Shown here piece by piece: positions 41,796-50,087 of a stretch of DNA of 64,000 nt. Source of the DNA: Gammaproteobacteria bacterium (GTDB taxonomy: Bacteria; Pseudomonadota; Gammaproteobacteria; Burkholderiales; SG8-39); the NCBI GenBank assembly GCA_041496705.1, contig JBGQFD010000004.1:6321-70320 (forward strand), in the 5' to 3' direction. Both the position numbers and the translations under genes were made by a program. Positions within the stretch are counted from its first letter, which is position 1; each line of letters starts with the position of its first letter. The notes beneath the pieces are model-generated. The model had not been told where the DNA came from and ran no database searches. It saw nothing but the letters and a program-made list of their open reading frames with translations.

Positions 41796-43115
41796 ATGAA
41801 CGCTCCACGCACCGACCGTCCGCGCCCGGCTCCGGCCGCGTTCTTGTCGGGGCGCCTGCTGGCTATCTTCGGACCGGTGCTCGCAGTGGGCGCTTCCACG
41901 GTGCTGCTCGCCCTGTTCGCCGGCCTGTTCGGCTGGTTCCCGCATGAGATGTACCTGGTGGCGATGGTAGTCGGCGCTCCGGTGATGCTGCTCGCGACTG
42001 TGCTGTTCTTCCGGCAAATCGGGGAGCGACGGGATTCAGAAGTCGCGCTGCAGAACGTCGAGGCGCGAATCGGCGACGTCGTGAATGCCGCGATGGATGC
42101 GATCGTCTCCGCCGACGCATCGCAGCGGATCGTGCTCTACAATGCAGCCGCCGAGAGAATGTTCCATTGGTCGCGGGAGAGCATCCTCGGCCAACCGCTC
42201 GACAAGCTCATCCCGCAGCGCTTCCAGGCCGCGCACCGGAAACACATCGAGGGCTTCGGCCGGGAGGACATCACCTCGCGCCGCATGGAGCGGCAGAGCG
42301 TGTTGTCCGGGGTACGGGCCAACGGGCAGGAATTCCCGATCGAAGCGTCGATCTCGAAGCACAGCGAGAACGGCGGGACGATTTTCACGGTGATCGTTCG
42401 TGATGTGACCGACCGCGTCCGCGCGGAGGAGGCGCTGCGCAGGTCTCAGCAGGAGTTGCGCGAGCTCGCCGCCGCCGCGCATTCTATCCGCGAGCACGAG
42501 CAGCGCCGCGTCGCCCGGGAATTGCACGACGAGCTCGGCCAAGCGCTCACGGCGCTGAAAATGGACGTGGCCTGGATGAGCGCGCAGTTGCGCGAGGGCG
42601 AGGACGCCGTCGCGAGCAAGCTCGGCGCCATGCACGCCCTGCTGGACGGCACCGTCGCCGCGACGCGGCGAATCTCCTCCGACCTGAGGCCGCTGATGCT
42701 CGATGACCTCGGGCTCGTTCCCGCGGTCGAGTGGCTGGCGCAGAATTTTTCCGAGCGCAGCGGCATCCGCTGCGAGCTCGAGATCGGGGCCGCGGACCTG
42801 GAACTGCGGGACCCGCAGGCGAGCGCCTTGTACCGCATCCTGCAGGAGTCTCTCACCAACGTCGCGCGTCACGCCAAGGCGAATCAGGTCGAAGTCCGCC
42901 TGGACCGCGCTGACGGCTACGTGACGTTGCGCGTGCGCGACGACGGCCGGGGCTTCAATGTGAACGAGGCGCGCAAGCTGAAGTCCTATGGTCTGCTCGG
43001 CCTGCGCGAGCGCACCTACCTGCTCGGCGGCGAGGCGCGCATCGACAGCGAACCAGGCAAGGGCACTACCATCGAGGTGCGCGTTCCTCTCGTGCAAGAA
43101 GGGCGGCCGTCGTGA
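41796..43115 (+). CDS. Membrane PAS sensor histidine kinase (HisKA_3/NarX-DesK type)
   Basis: Start set to ATG 41796, because the FNR box lies inside the longer TTG ORF. Two TM segments, a PAS domain (AMDAIVSADASQRIVLYNAAAERMFHW...), H-box RELHDELGQALTALK, HATPase GKGTTIEVRVP. Confidence 0.85.
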   Translation: MNAPRTDRPRPAPAAFLSGRLLAIFGPVLAVGASTVLLALFAGLFGWFPHEMYLVAMVVGAPVMLLATVLFFRQIGERRDSEVALQNVEARIGDVVNAAMDAIVSADASQRIVLYNAAAERMFHWSRESILGQPLDKLIPQRFQAAHRKHIEGFGREDITSRRMERQSVLSGVRANGQEFPIEASISKHSENGGTIFTVIVRDVTDRVRAEEALRRSQQELRELAAAAHSIREHEQRRVARELHDELGQALTALKMDVAWMSAQLREGEDAVASKLGAMHALLDGTVAATRRISSDLRPLMLDDLGLVPAVEWLAQNFSERSGIRCELEIGAADLELRDPQASALYRILQESLTNVARHAKANQVEVRLDRADGYVTLRVRDDGRGFNVNEARKLKSYGLLGLRERTYLLGGEARIDSEPGKGTTIEVRVPLVQEGRPS

Positions 43116-43765
43116 TCCGCATCGTTATCGCCGACGATCACCCGATCGTGCGCGAAGGGCTGAAGCAGGTGTTGAGCACGGCGGCGGACCTCTCGATCGC
43201 GGGCGAGGCGCAGAACGGCCAGGAGGTGATGCAGCGGGTCCGCGAGCTCGATTTCGACGTGCTGCTCCTCGACATGTCGATGCCGGGCAAGAGCGGCATC
43301 GAGCTCATCAAGCAGGTGCACGCCGAGAAGTCAAAGCTGCGTATCCTGGTCCTGAGCATGCACCAGGAGGAGCAGTACGCGGTGCGCGCGATCAAGGCCG
43401 GCGCGGCGGGTTACCTCACCAAGGACAGCGCCTCGACGCAGCTCGTATCGGCAATACGCAAGGTCGCCGGCGGCGGGGCGTTCATTACCGGCGCGGTGGC
43501 CGAGCAGCTCGCGCTCGGCGCGATGCCGCAAAGCGACGGACCGCCGCATGGCGCGCTCTCCGACCGCGAATTCCAGATTTTCCGTCTGCTCGTCTCCGGG
43601 AGAACCGTCTCCGACATCGGCAAGGAGCTGAATCTGTCGGTCAAGACTGTGAGTACGCACAAGGCGCGGATCATGCAAAAAATGAACGTGAGCAATCCCA
43701 CCGAGCTCATCCGCTACGCCATCCGCCACCGCCTGCTCGACGACCCGGACGCCGACGGCCCCTAG
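43112..43765 (+). CDS. NarL/FixJ (LuxR-type HTH) response regulator
   Basis: GTG overlaps the kinase stop (GTGA). IRIVIADDHPIVREGL...LLLDMSMPG receiver, and a C-terminal LSDREFQIFRLLVSGRTVSDIGKELNLSVKTVSTHK HTH. Confidence 0.9.
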   Translation: MIRIVIADDHPIVREGLKQVLSTAADLSIAGEAQNGQEVMQRVRELDFDVLLLDMSMPGKSGIELIKQVHAEKSKLRILVLSMHQEEQYAVRAIKAGAAGYLTKDSASTQLVSAIRKVAGGGAFITGAVAEQLALGAMPQSDGPPHGALSDREFQIFRLLVSGRTVSDIGKELNLSVKTVSTHKARIMQKMNVSNPTELIRYAIRHRLLDDPDADGP

Positions 43766-43916
43766 GCAAGCTCCGGGCGAGTACCGGCCGCCTGGCCGTA
43801 GGAGGATTCCTAGCGCCCGCAGGCGCGGTGTCCTACAGCCCAATTGAGCAAGCGCCGACGGAGAGTTTCAGGCTCCGCCGATATCGCGTGCCCCGGCTCC
43901 TGCGGATACTCGTGGC

Positions 43917-44309
43917 ATGGAAACGGCACCTGCCACCCCCGCCCGCGTCTTCATCGTCGAGGACTCGGCGTCGATACGCGAGCGCCTCTACGAGCAGCTC
44001 CGCGAGATCGACGGAGTATCTGTCATCGGCAACACCGATACCGCCGACTCGGCCGTCGAGGCGATCCTTCGCACTCGGCCGGACTCGGTGATTCTGGACA
44101 TCCACCTCGTCGAAGGCAGCGGCATCGACGTGCTGCGAGAAGTGCACGTCCGGGCACCGGAGGTGATGTTCATCGTGCTCACCAACCACTCGAACGCGCA
44201 ATACAGGCGAGCCTGCCTGCAGGCCGGGGCGCGCTATTTCTTCGACAAGAGCACAGAGTTCGGCGAGGTCATGGAAGTCATTGCCGGGCTGGGTGCGGCG
44301 CGTCACTAG
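43917..44309 (+). CDS. Stand-alone CheY-like receiver protein
   Basis: RVFIVEDSASIRERL...SVILDIHLVEGSGIDVL...FIVLTNH...FFDKS. 130 aa, no output domain. Confidence 0.8.
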   Translation: METAPATPARVFIVEDSASIRERLYEQLREIDGVSVIGNTDTADSAVEAILRTRPDSVILDIHLVEGSGIDVLREVHVRAPEVMFIVLTNHSNAQYRRACLQAGARYFFDKSTEFGEVMEVIAGLGAARH

Positions 44310-44339
44310 CTAGTGGAACGACTCGACACAGGAGACCCA

Positions 44340-45131
44340 ATGATGGCCACGGCAACCGAACCCGTCTTCGAACCGGCGCAAAGGGCCGCGATCCAACTCC
44401 GAGAGGTGGCCCGCACGAGCGTGGCCAAGCTCAACACCCGCTGCTCGAGCTGCGGTCTGCGCGAACTGTGCCTGCCGTGCGGCCTCGCGGAGAAAGACGT
44501 CGATCGCATCGACGAGCTGATCTATACGCGGCGGCGTCTCAAGCGCGGCGAAAGCCTGTACCGTGCGGGCGACGCCTTCAGTTCGCTCTACGCGGTGCGC
44601 AGCGGTTTCTTCAAGACGGTACAGACCCTCGAGGACGGCCGCGACCAGGTGACCGGATTCCACATGGGTGGGGAGATGCTGGGCATGGACGGGATCGGCC
44701 CCGAGGTGCACGGCTGCGGCGCGGTTGCGCTCGAGGACAGCGAGGTGTGCGTGATCCCGTACTCCCGGCTGGAGAATCTCGGCCGCCACATGCAGGGCCT
44801 GCAGCGCCAGTTCCACAAGGTCATGAGCAGGGAGATCGTGCGCGAGCACGGCGTGATGCTGCTGCTGGGCACGATGCGCGCCGAGGAGCGCCTCGCCACG
44901 TTCCTTCTCAATCTCTCGCAGCGCTTTACCGCGCGCGGCTACTCGCCTTCGGAGTTCAACCTGCGCATGACGCGCGAAGAGATCGGCAGCTACCTGGGCC
45001 TCAAGCTGGAGACGGTGAGCCGCTCCTTCTCGAGGTTCCAGGAAGCAGGATTCATCAGCGTGCAGCAGAAGCACATCCAGATCCTGGATGTCGCCGGCCT
45101 GAAGCGCGGCATGGGCAGCACCTCCGGCTGA
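44340..45131 (+). CDS. fnr: FNR/Anr-type oxygen-sensing Crp-family transcription factor (paralogue 2)
   Basis: ATG 44340 after AGGAGA. CSSCGLRELCLPC plus central HGCGAV Cys, LETVSRSF helix. Collinear with paralogue 1, with long identical runs (GESLYRAGDAF, LYAVRSGFFKT, REHGVMLLLG, MTREEIGSYLGLKLETVSR). Confidence 0.88.
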   Translation: MMATATEPVFEPAQRAAIQLREVARTSVAKLNTRCSSCGLRELCLPCGLAEKDVDRIDELIYTRRRLKRGESLYRAGDAFSSLYAVRSGFFKTVQTLEDGRDQVTGFHMGGEMLGMDGIGPEVHGCGAVALEDSEVCVIPYSRLENLGRHMQGLQRQFHKVMSREIVREHGVMLLLGTMRAEERLATFLLNLSQRFTARGYSPSEFNLRMTREEIGSYLGLKLETVSRSFSRFQEAGFISVQQKHIQILDVAGLKRGMGSTSG

Positions 45132-45159
45132 AGGACACCAAGATGACGAGGAGACCATC

Positions 45160-45402
45160 GTGAGGACATCCGCACATGGTGTTCGGGCGAAGACGGCGGG
45201 CAGGCGCGGCGGCGGCCGGACTCAGGAGATCGCGGGCGCACGCAGGCAGTCGCGCTGGGATGCGCTGTACGAGACCTACGCCGAGGACGATCCTGGCGGC
45301 GACCCGTCCGACCCGGTTTTCGGTATCGGAGCCGCCGCCTGGACGGATTCCGAGACCGGGCTTCCTCCGGAGGCGGCGATCCTGCACGTCGAAGAAGACT
45401 GA
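45160..45402 (+). CDS. Hypothetical acidic small protein (80 aa)
   Basis: GTG start after GAGGAGA. The second half has coding-like third-position GC. No family recognised. Confidence 0.3.
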   Translation: MRTSAHGVRAKTAGRRGGGRTQEIAGARRQSRWDALYETYAEDDPGGDPSDPVFGIGAAAWTDSETGLPPEAAILHVEED

Positions 45403-45459
45403 ATCCGGATATCCGAGCGATCATGCCCGCGGCTCGATCGCGCCGCTTGAGGGAAAACC

Positions 45460-46302
45460 ATGACCTACAAGACCATTCTCGTGCATCTCGACCAGGGCGC
45501 GCGCGCGACCGAGCGCCTCGAGCCGGCGTTTCATCTCGCCGCAGCCTTCGATGCCCACCTCGTCGGCCTGTTCGCGTTGAGCGACCCGCGGATCCCCGCG
45601 TATGTCCTGGCGGAGGGCGGCGTGCCCTTGATCGAGGCGGGTCGGCGCCACCGGGCCGAGGCGGCGGCCGAGGCGAGAGCCGCGTTCGACACCGCAGCCG
45701 GCAGGAACCGGGGCATCAAGACCGAATGGCGAGCATCCGAAGGCGACGCGCTCGAGGTGATGCGCGTTTCGGCGCGCTACGCGGACCTCGCGATCGTCGG
45801 CCAGCACGAGCGGGGCGCCAAACAGGACGACGGGCTGGCTCCGGAATTCGTCGAGGAATTCGTGTTGTCCGCCGGGCGCCCGGTGCTGGTGGTCCCCTAT
45901 GCCGGACGCTTCGCAAAGCTCGGCAGCCGGGCCCTGGTTGCCTGGGACGCGGGACAGCAGGCGGCGCGGGCGGTGGTCGACGCACTGCCGCTGCTTGCGC
46001 GCGCCGAGGAAGTGCAGGTGATGGTCTTCGATCCTGACAAGGGCCGGGCCGACCACGGAGACATCCCGGGAGCGGATATCGCTCTCTATCTCGCCCGCCA
46101 CGGCGTCAAGGTACGTGTTTCGGAGCAACGCTGCGGAGACGAGAAGATCGGCGAGCAGATGCTGTCGCGAGCAGCCGACATGGGCGCCGACTTCATCGTA
46201 ATGGGGGCATACGGACACTCGCGCGTTCGCGAGCTGGTGCTCGGGGGCGTGACGCGAACCCTGCTCGAGTCGATGACCGCGCCGGTGCTGATGTCGCATT
46301 GA
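45460..46302 (+). CDS. Tandem-domain universal stress protein (UspA family)
   Basis: MTYKTILVHLD... first Usp domain; second domain ends GADFIVMGAYGHSRVRELVLGGVTRTLL...PVLMSH. Confidence 0.88.
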   Translation: MTYKTILVHLDQGARATERLEPAFHLAAAFDAHLVGLFALSDPRIPAYVLAEGGVPLIEAGRRHRAEAAAEARAAFDTAAGRNRGIKTEWRASEGDALEVMRVSARYADLAIVGQHERGAKQDDGLAPEFVEEFVLSAGRPVLVVPYAGRFAKLGSRALVAWDAGQQAARAVVDALPLLARAEEVQVMVFDPDKGRADHGDIPGADIALYLARHGVKVRVSEQRCGDEKIGEQMLSRAADMGADFIVMGAYGHSRVRELVLGGVTRTLLESMTAPVLMSH

Positions 46303-46329
46303 GCGGGTCGTGGTCCGGGCAGGCCCGTG

Positions 46330-46632
46330 TCACATGCCGAGTATTCGTCCGATCTCGGCGATGTACTGGCTCGCCTTGAAGCCATCGGCGACCGCGGTCT
46401 CCAGGCCCCTCTCGATCGCCTGGCGCATGTCGTGCAGCCCCTCCCTCACCCAGTGGTGCCTGCGGATCGGGGAATTGAGCACGTTCTTGAGGGTCTCCAC
46501 TTCGTCCTGGAGCAACTGAACGTCGCTGGAGCCGCCGCGGACCTTGCCGAGGTCGCGCTCGAGCGCGTGGATCAGCTTCTCGACGGCAGCGAAATCGATT
46601 TCCCGCGATGTCTCCTTCTGGTTCCTTGTCAT
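46330..46632 (-). CDS. Hypothetical helical protein (100 aa), last gene of the pump operon
   Basis: ATG 46632 after GGAGAA. MTRNQKETSREIDFAAVEKLIHALERDLGKV... Predicted all-helical, no family recognised. Confidence 0.55.
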   Translation of the reverse strand: MTRNQKETSREIDFAAVEKLIHALERDLGKVRGGSSDVQLLQDEVETLKNVLNSPIRRHHWVREGLHDMRQAIERGLETAVADGFKASQYIAEIGRILGM

Positions 46633-46693
46633 GAGAAATTCTCCAAATGGTCGAAAATCGACACGGCGCGCGCGGCGGACCCGACTGAGGCGG

Positions 46694-47452
46694 TCATGCC
46701 CCCGCGCTTTCAGAAAAGGCGGCTCCGCTGCGTCGGACCACGTTCGCGTTCGCGCGGTCGGAAACGGTGCGGCCATCGACGAGCTCGACGATGCGGTCGC
46801 AGCGCTGCGCGAGACGCGGGTCGTGGGTCACTATGAGGAAGGTCGTGCCGCTCGCTTCGTTGACCGCGCGCAGCACGTCGAACACGCTATCCGCAGACTT
46901 GGTGTCGAGATTGCCGGAAGGCTCATCCGCCAGCACGAGCGCGGGTTTCATGGCGAGGGCCCGGGCAATCGCGACGCGCTGCTGCTGTCCGCCGGAGATT
47001 TCGGTCGCCTTGTTGTTGCGCCATGGCGTGAGGCCCACCTTGTCGAGAAGCTCGGCGGCAGTATGGCGCATTTCATCGTCGGGCCGCCCGCGCGCAGCGA
47101 GGATGGGCATCATCACGTTCTCGAGCGCGGTAAACGCCGGCAGCAGGTAGTGGTACTGGAACACGAAGCCGATGCTGCCGCCGCGCAGCCGCGTCAGATC
47201 GGCTTCCCGCAGGCCGCTGGTGTCCCGCCCCTCGATGAAAAGCCGTCCGCCGGTGGGCCGGTCGAGCAGGCCGATGAGGTTGAGCAGTGTGGTCTTGCCC
47301 GAGCCGGACGGGCCGATGAGCGCGGCAAATTCGCCGCGCCCGACCCGCAGGTCGATTCCGTGCAGCACTTCCGTCTCCACGGACGTGCCCACGCCGTAGG
47401 ACTTGCGCAGCCCTTCGAGGCGCAGGGTATCGGTCGGTCGGATCTCAGCCAC
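46694..47452 (-). CDS. ABC transporter ATP-binding protein (MacB/LolD type)
   Basis: [39 protein letters not shown]. Confidence 0.92.
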   Translation of the reverse strand: MAEIRPTDTLRLEGLRKSYGVGTSVETEVLHGIDLRVGRGEFAALIGPSGSGKTTLLNLIGLLDRPTGGRLFIEGRDTSGLREADLTRLRGGSIGFVFQYHYLLPAFTALENVMMPILAARGRPDDEMRHTAAELLDKVGLTPWRNNKATEISGGQQQRVAIARALAMKPALVLADEPSGNLDTKSADSVFDVLRAVNEASGTTFLIVTHDPRLAQRCDRIVELVDGRTVSDRANANVVRRSGAAFSESAGA

Positions 47453-48671
47453 GAATCGCCACCACCGGATCGAGCTTCGCCGCGCGCCGCGCGGGAATCA
47501 CCGCGGCCAAGGTCCCCACTAGCGTCGCGCCGGCTGCCGCGAGTACGAACAACGACGGCTCGACGTCGATGATGAAAATCGGTGTCCCGTCGGGATTCTT
47601 CGCCGCGCCGCGCCACACCGCCAGAAACGCCCAGCCGAGCGCGGAGCCGAACAGCGAACCGACCAAGCCCATCGCCGCGCCCTGCAGGAGAAACAGGCGC
47701 AGCACCTGCGCGCGCGAGGTGCCCATCGCCCTCAGAATGCCGATCTCCTTCGACTTTTGCACTACCGACACGACCAGCACGCTGGCGATGCCGAGCGCAG
47801 CCGTGAGGCCGACGAAAAAGCGAATCAGCGTATTGGAAAGCGTCTGCGCAGCCATGGCAGTGAAGAATTGCGCATTGGTCTTGATCCAGCTGTCGGCTTC
47901 GAGATCCGTCTCGGCCTGAATCGCCTGCGCAATCGTCTCTGCGGCAAACGGGTCCTCAACCTTGATCTCGATGCTGGACACTCCGCCGACCAGATTCATG
48001 AGATTTTGTGCGCCGCGCAGGCCGATGTAGACGTTGCGCTCGTTCACTCCCTTGTTTCCGAAATCGAAGAGGGCCGTAACGCTGAGCGTCTCCGACGCAC
48101 CGGTGGGGCTGGTCAATCGCACTTTGTCGCCGACGTTCGCGCCCAGATCTTTCGCTAGCTCGATGCCGATGACGATGTCGGAGGTCGCGACGGACAGCCT
48201 TCCAGCGACGATCTTGTCGGCAAGCGCGATGACCCTAACGTAACTCTCGACCTCGACGCCGGTAATGGTGACCGCCTTGTTCGCGTCTCCGCGCAGCGCG
48301 AAGCCCGGACCGGAGACAACGGGCGTGGCCGCGATCACACCCGGCAGGCGTTCGATCTGTGCACGCACCTTCTGCCATTGGTCGATGGAGCGCAGTTGCT
48401 GCGACCTCGGCTGCACCAGTGCGGCGATCTGCGCTTTCTCGTCCTTGCGCTGCGGGCGGGCCACCTGTTCAGGAGGCACGACGACGATGGGCGCCATGTA
48501 GTTCAAGGTACGGCGAATGATGTTCGATTGCAGGCCGGCGACCAGCGCCGACATGAATACGATCACGCCGACGCCGAGCGCGACCCCGAGAATGATGAGC
48601 AGCGTCTGGGCCGAACCCTCGCGCATGAAGCGCATCGCGGCGATCCACTCGAAAGGTGCCAGGCGGTTCAC
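47445..48671 (-). CDS. FtsX-like ABC transporter permease (MacB/LolCE type)
   Basis: N-terminal TM, a large periplasmic domain, and C-terminal FtsX repeats ([20 protein letters not shown]). 8-nt overlap with the ATPase gene. Confidence 0.88.
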   Translation of the reverse strand: MNRLAPFEWIAAMRFMREGSAQTLLIILGVALGVGVIVFMSALVAGLQSNIIRRTLNYMAPIVVVPPEQVARPQRKDEKAQIAALVQPRSQQLRSIDQWQKVRAQIERLPGVIAATPVVSGPGFALRGDANKAVTITGVEVESYVRVIALADKIVAGRLSVATSDIVIGIELAKDLGANVGDKVRLTSPTGASETLSVTALFDFGNKGVNERNVYIGLRGAQNLMNLVGGVSSIEIKVEDPFAAETIAQAIQAETDLEADSWIKTNAQFFTAMAAQTLSNTLIRFFVGLTAALGIASVLVVSVVQKSKEIGILRAMGTSRAQVLRLFLLQGAAMGLVGSLFGSALGWAFLAVWRGAAKNPDGTPIFIIDVEPSLFVLAAAGATLVGTLAAVIPARRAAKLDPVVAIRG

Positions 48672-49915
48672 TTGGGTCCACTCGCCGGTGCGACCGGCCT
48701 CACGCGCTGTCCCGCCTTGACGAGCGCGTTGGTCGCTGGAATCAAATCGTCTCCGGGCTCGACGCCTTCCAGTATCTCGACGCGCCCGTCACCGCGCAGG
48801 CCGAGCTTCACCGGTTGGCGCACGACACGGAACCCGCGAATCGCGAGAACCCAGGGCTCCTGCCCGGTGGCGTCGCGCACGGTCTCCGTCGGAACAATCA
48901 CGGTGTTGTCGCGGCGCGCCACCTCGATGTCCACCGAGACGGTCATGTCCTGGCGCAGATACGCCGGCGGATCGGGCACCTTGAGCTTGACTTCCACGGA
49001 GCCGCGCACCGGGTCGATGCCCGGGTTGATATAGACGAGCTCTGCCGCGAACCGCTGACCAGGAAAGGCGTCTGCGGAGCCGAGCGCTTTTTGACCTAAC
49101 GCGAGCCGCGCGAGCTGGCGCTCGTCGATCTGCACGACGACCTGGGTTTCCCCGGCGGGAGCAAGCACCATCAGCTCTTTGCCCGCCTGCGCGACGTTGC
49201 CCGGCTCGATGCTCCGTCCGATGAGGACGCCGTCGACCGGCGCCCGTATCATCGTTTGTTCGAGCTTCACCTGAGCTGCGCGCAGGTTTGCCTGCGCCTG
49301 CTCGAGGGCGGTCTGCGCCAGGGCATAGTCGCTACCCGAAGGACCGTTGGTCTGCACTTGCAGGCGCGCCGCGCGAAGCTGGCTGTCGGCCACATCGAGG
49401 TTGCGCTTCGCGTCGTCGAGCTGTGACTGGCCGACGAATCCTTTTTCGCGCAGCGACAGCGAGCGCTCGTAAGCCTGGCGTGCCTGCACCGCGTTGGCCT
49501 GCGCTTGCACGAAAGACTGCTCCGCTGCGGGCAGAGTCACTTCGCGCAGCTGGCGCAGTTTCGCATCGGCCTGGGCGACGCTTGCCTGTGCTTGCGCCAG
49601 CGCGGCGCGCTCATCCCGGTCGTCGAGCTGGATCAGGACGTCTCCGCGGTGCACGCCCTGGCCTTCGTTCACCGGAATGCGCGCCGCTCGCTCGGTGATC
49701 ACGGCTCCGATAGAAACGCGCTGCGGAGTCATGATGCGTCCGCTCGCGACGACCGTCTGTACCAAGTCGCTGCGCACCGCCTCGTAGGCTTCCACCGGCT
49801 TGCCCAGAATCACGTCGCGCGAGGCAAAACCCGCCGCTGCCAGAACAACCAGAGCGAGCAGAATGCGCCACAGCCAGCGGCCATATTGCAGGATGTAATT
49901 CGAGTCCAGAGGCAT
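48668..49915 (-). CDS. HlyD/MacA-family periplasmic adaptor
   Basis: Start set to ATG 49915 (MPLDSNYILQYGRWLWRILLALVVLAAAGF...), because the GTG at 49984 abuts the FNR box. Coiled-coil hairpin and barrel regions. ATGA-type overlap with the permease gene. Confidence 0.85.
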   Translation of the reverse strand: MPLDSNYILQYGRWLWRILLALVVLAAAGFASRDVILGKPVEAYEAVRSDLVQTVVASGRIMTPQRVSIGAVITERAARIPVNEGQGVHRGDVLIQLDDRDERAALAQAQASVAQADAKLRQLREVTLPAAEQSFVQAQANAVQARQAYERSLSLREKGFVGQSQLDDAKRNLDVADSQLRAARLQVQTNGPSGSDYALAQTALEQAQANLRAAQVKLEQTMIRAPVDGVLIGRSIEPGNVAQAGKELMVLAPAGETQVVVQIDERQLARLALGQKALGSADAFPGQRFAAELVYINPGIDPVRGSVEVKLKVPDPPAYLRQDMTVSVDIEVARRDNTVIVPTETVRDATGQEPWVLAIRGFRVVRQPVKLGLRGDGRVEILEGVEPGDDLIPATNALVKAGQRVRPVAPASGPK

Positions 49916-49986
49916 CGTTACCGGGTCTTGAGGGCAGGCGGGTGCGGCGCCTTCCACCCATGCTATTGGCAGCTGCGCAGGCACGG

Positions 49987-50000
49987 TTGACCTAGATCAA
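49987..50000. promoter_or_regulatory. FNR-type box TTGACctagATCAA upstream of the HlyD-FtsX-ABC operon
   Basis: Read directly. Centre is about 78 nt upstream of ATG 49915. Confidence 0.7.
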
Positions 50001-50087
50001 GCCATCCGTACTCCCGGTCCGGCTCGAGAACGAGCCGCGAGAGCGGCACGAAAGACTCGAGGCCGATCCGGCGCTGTCTGCCCCGGT

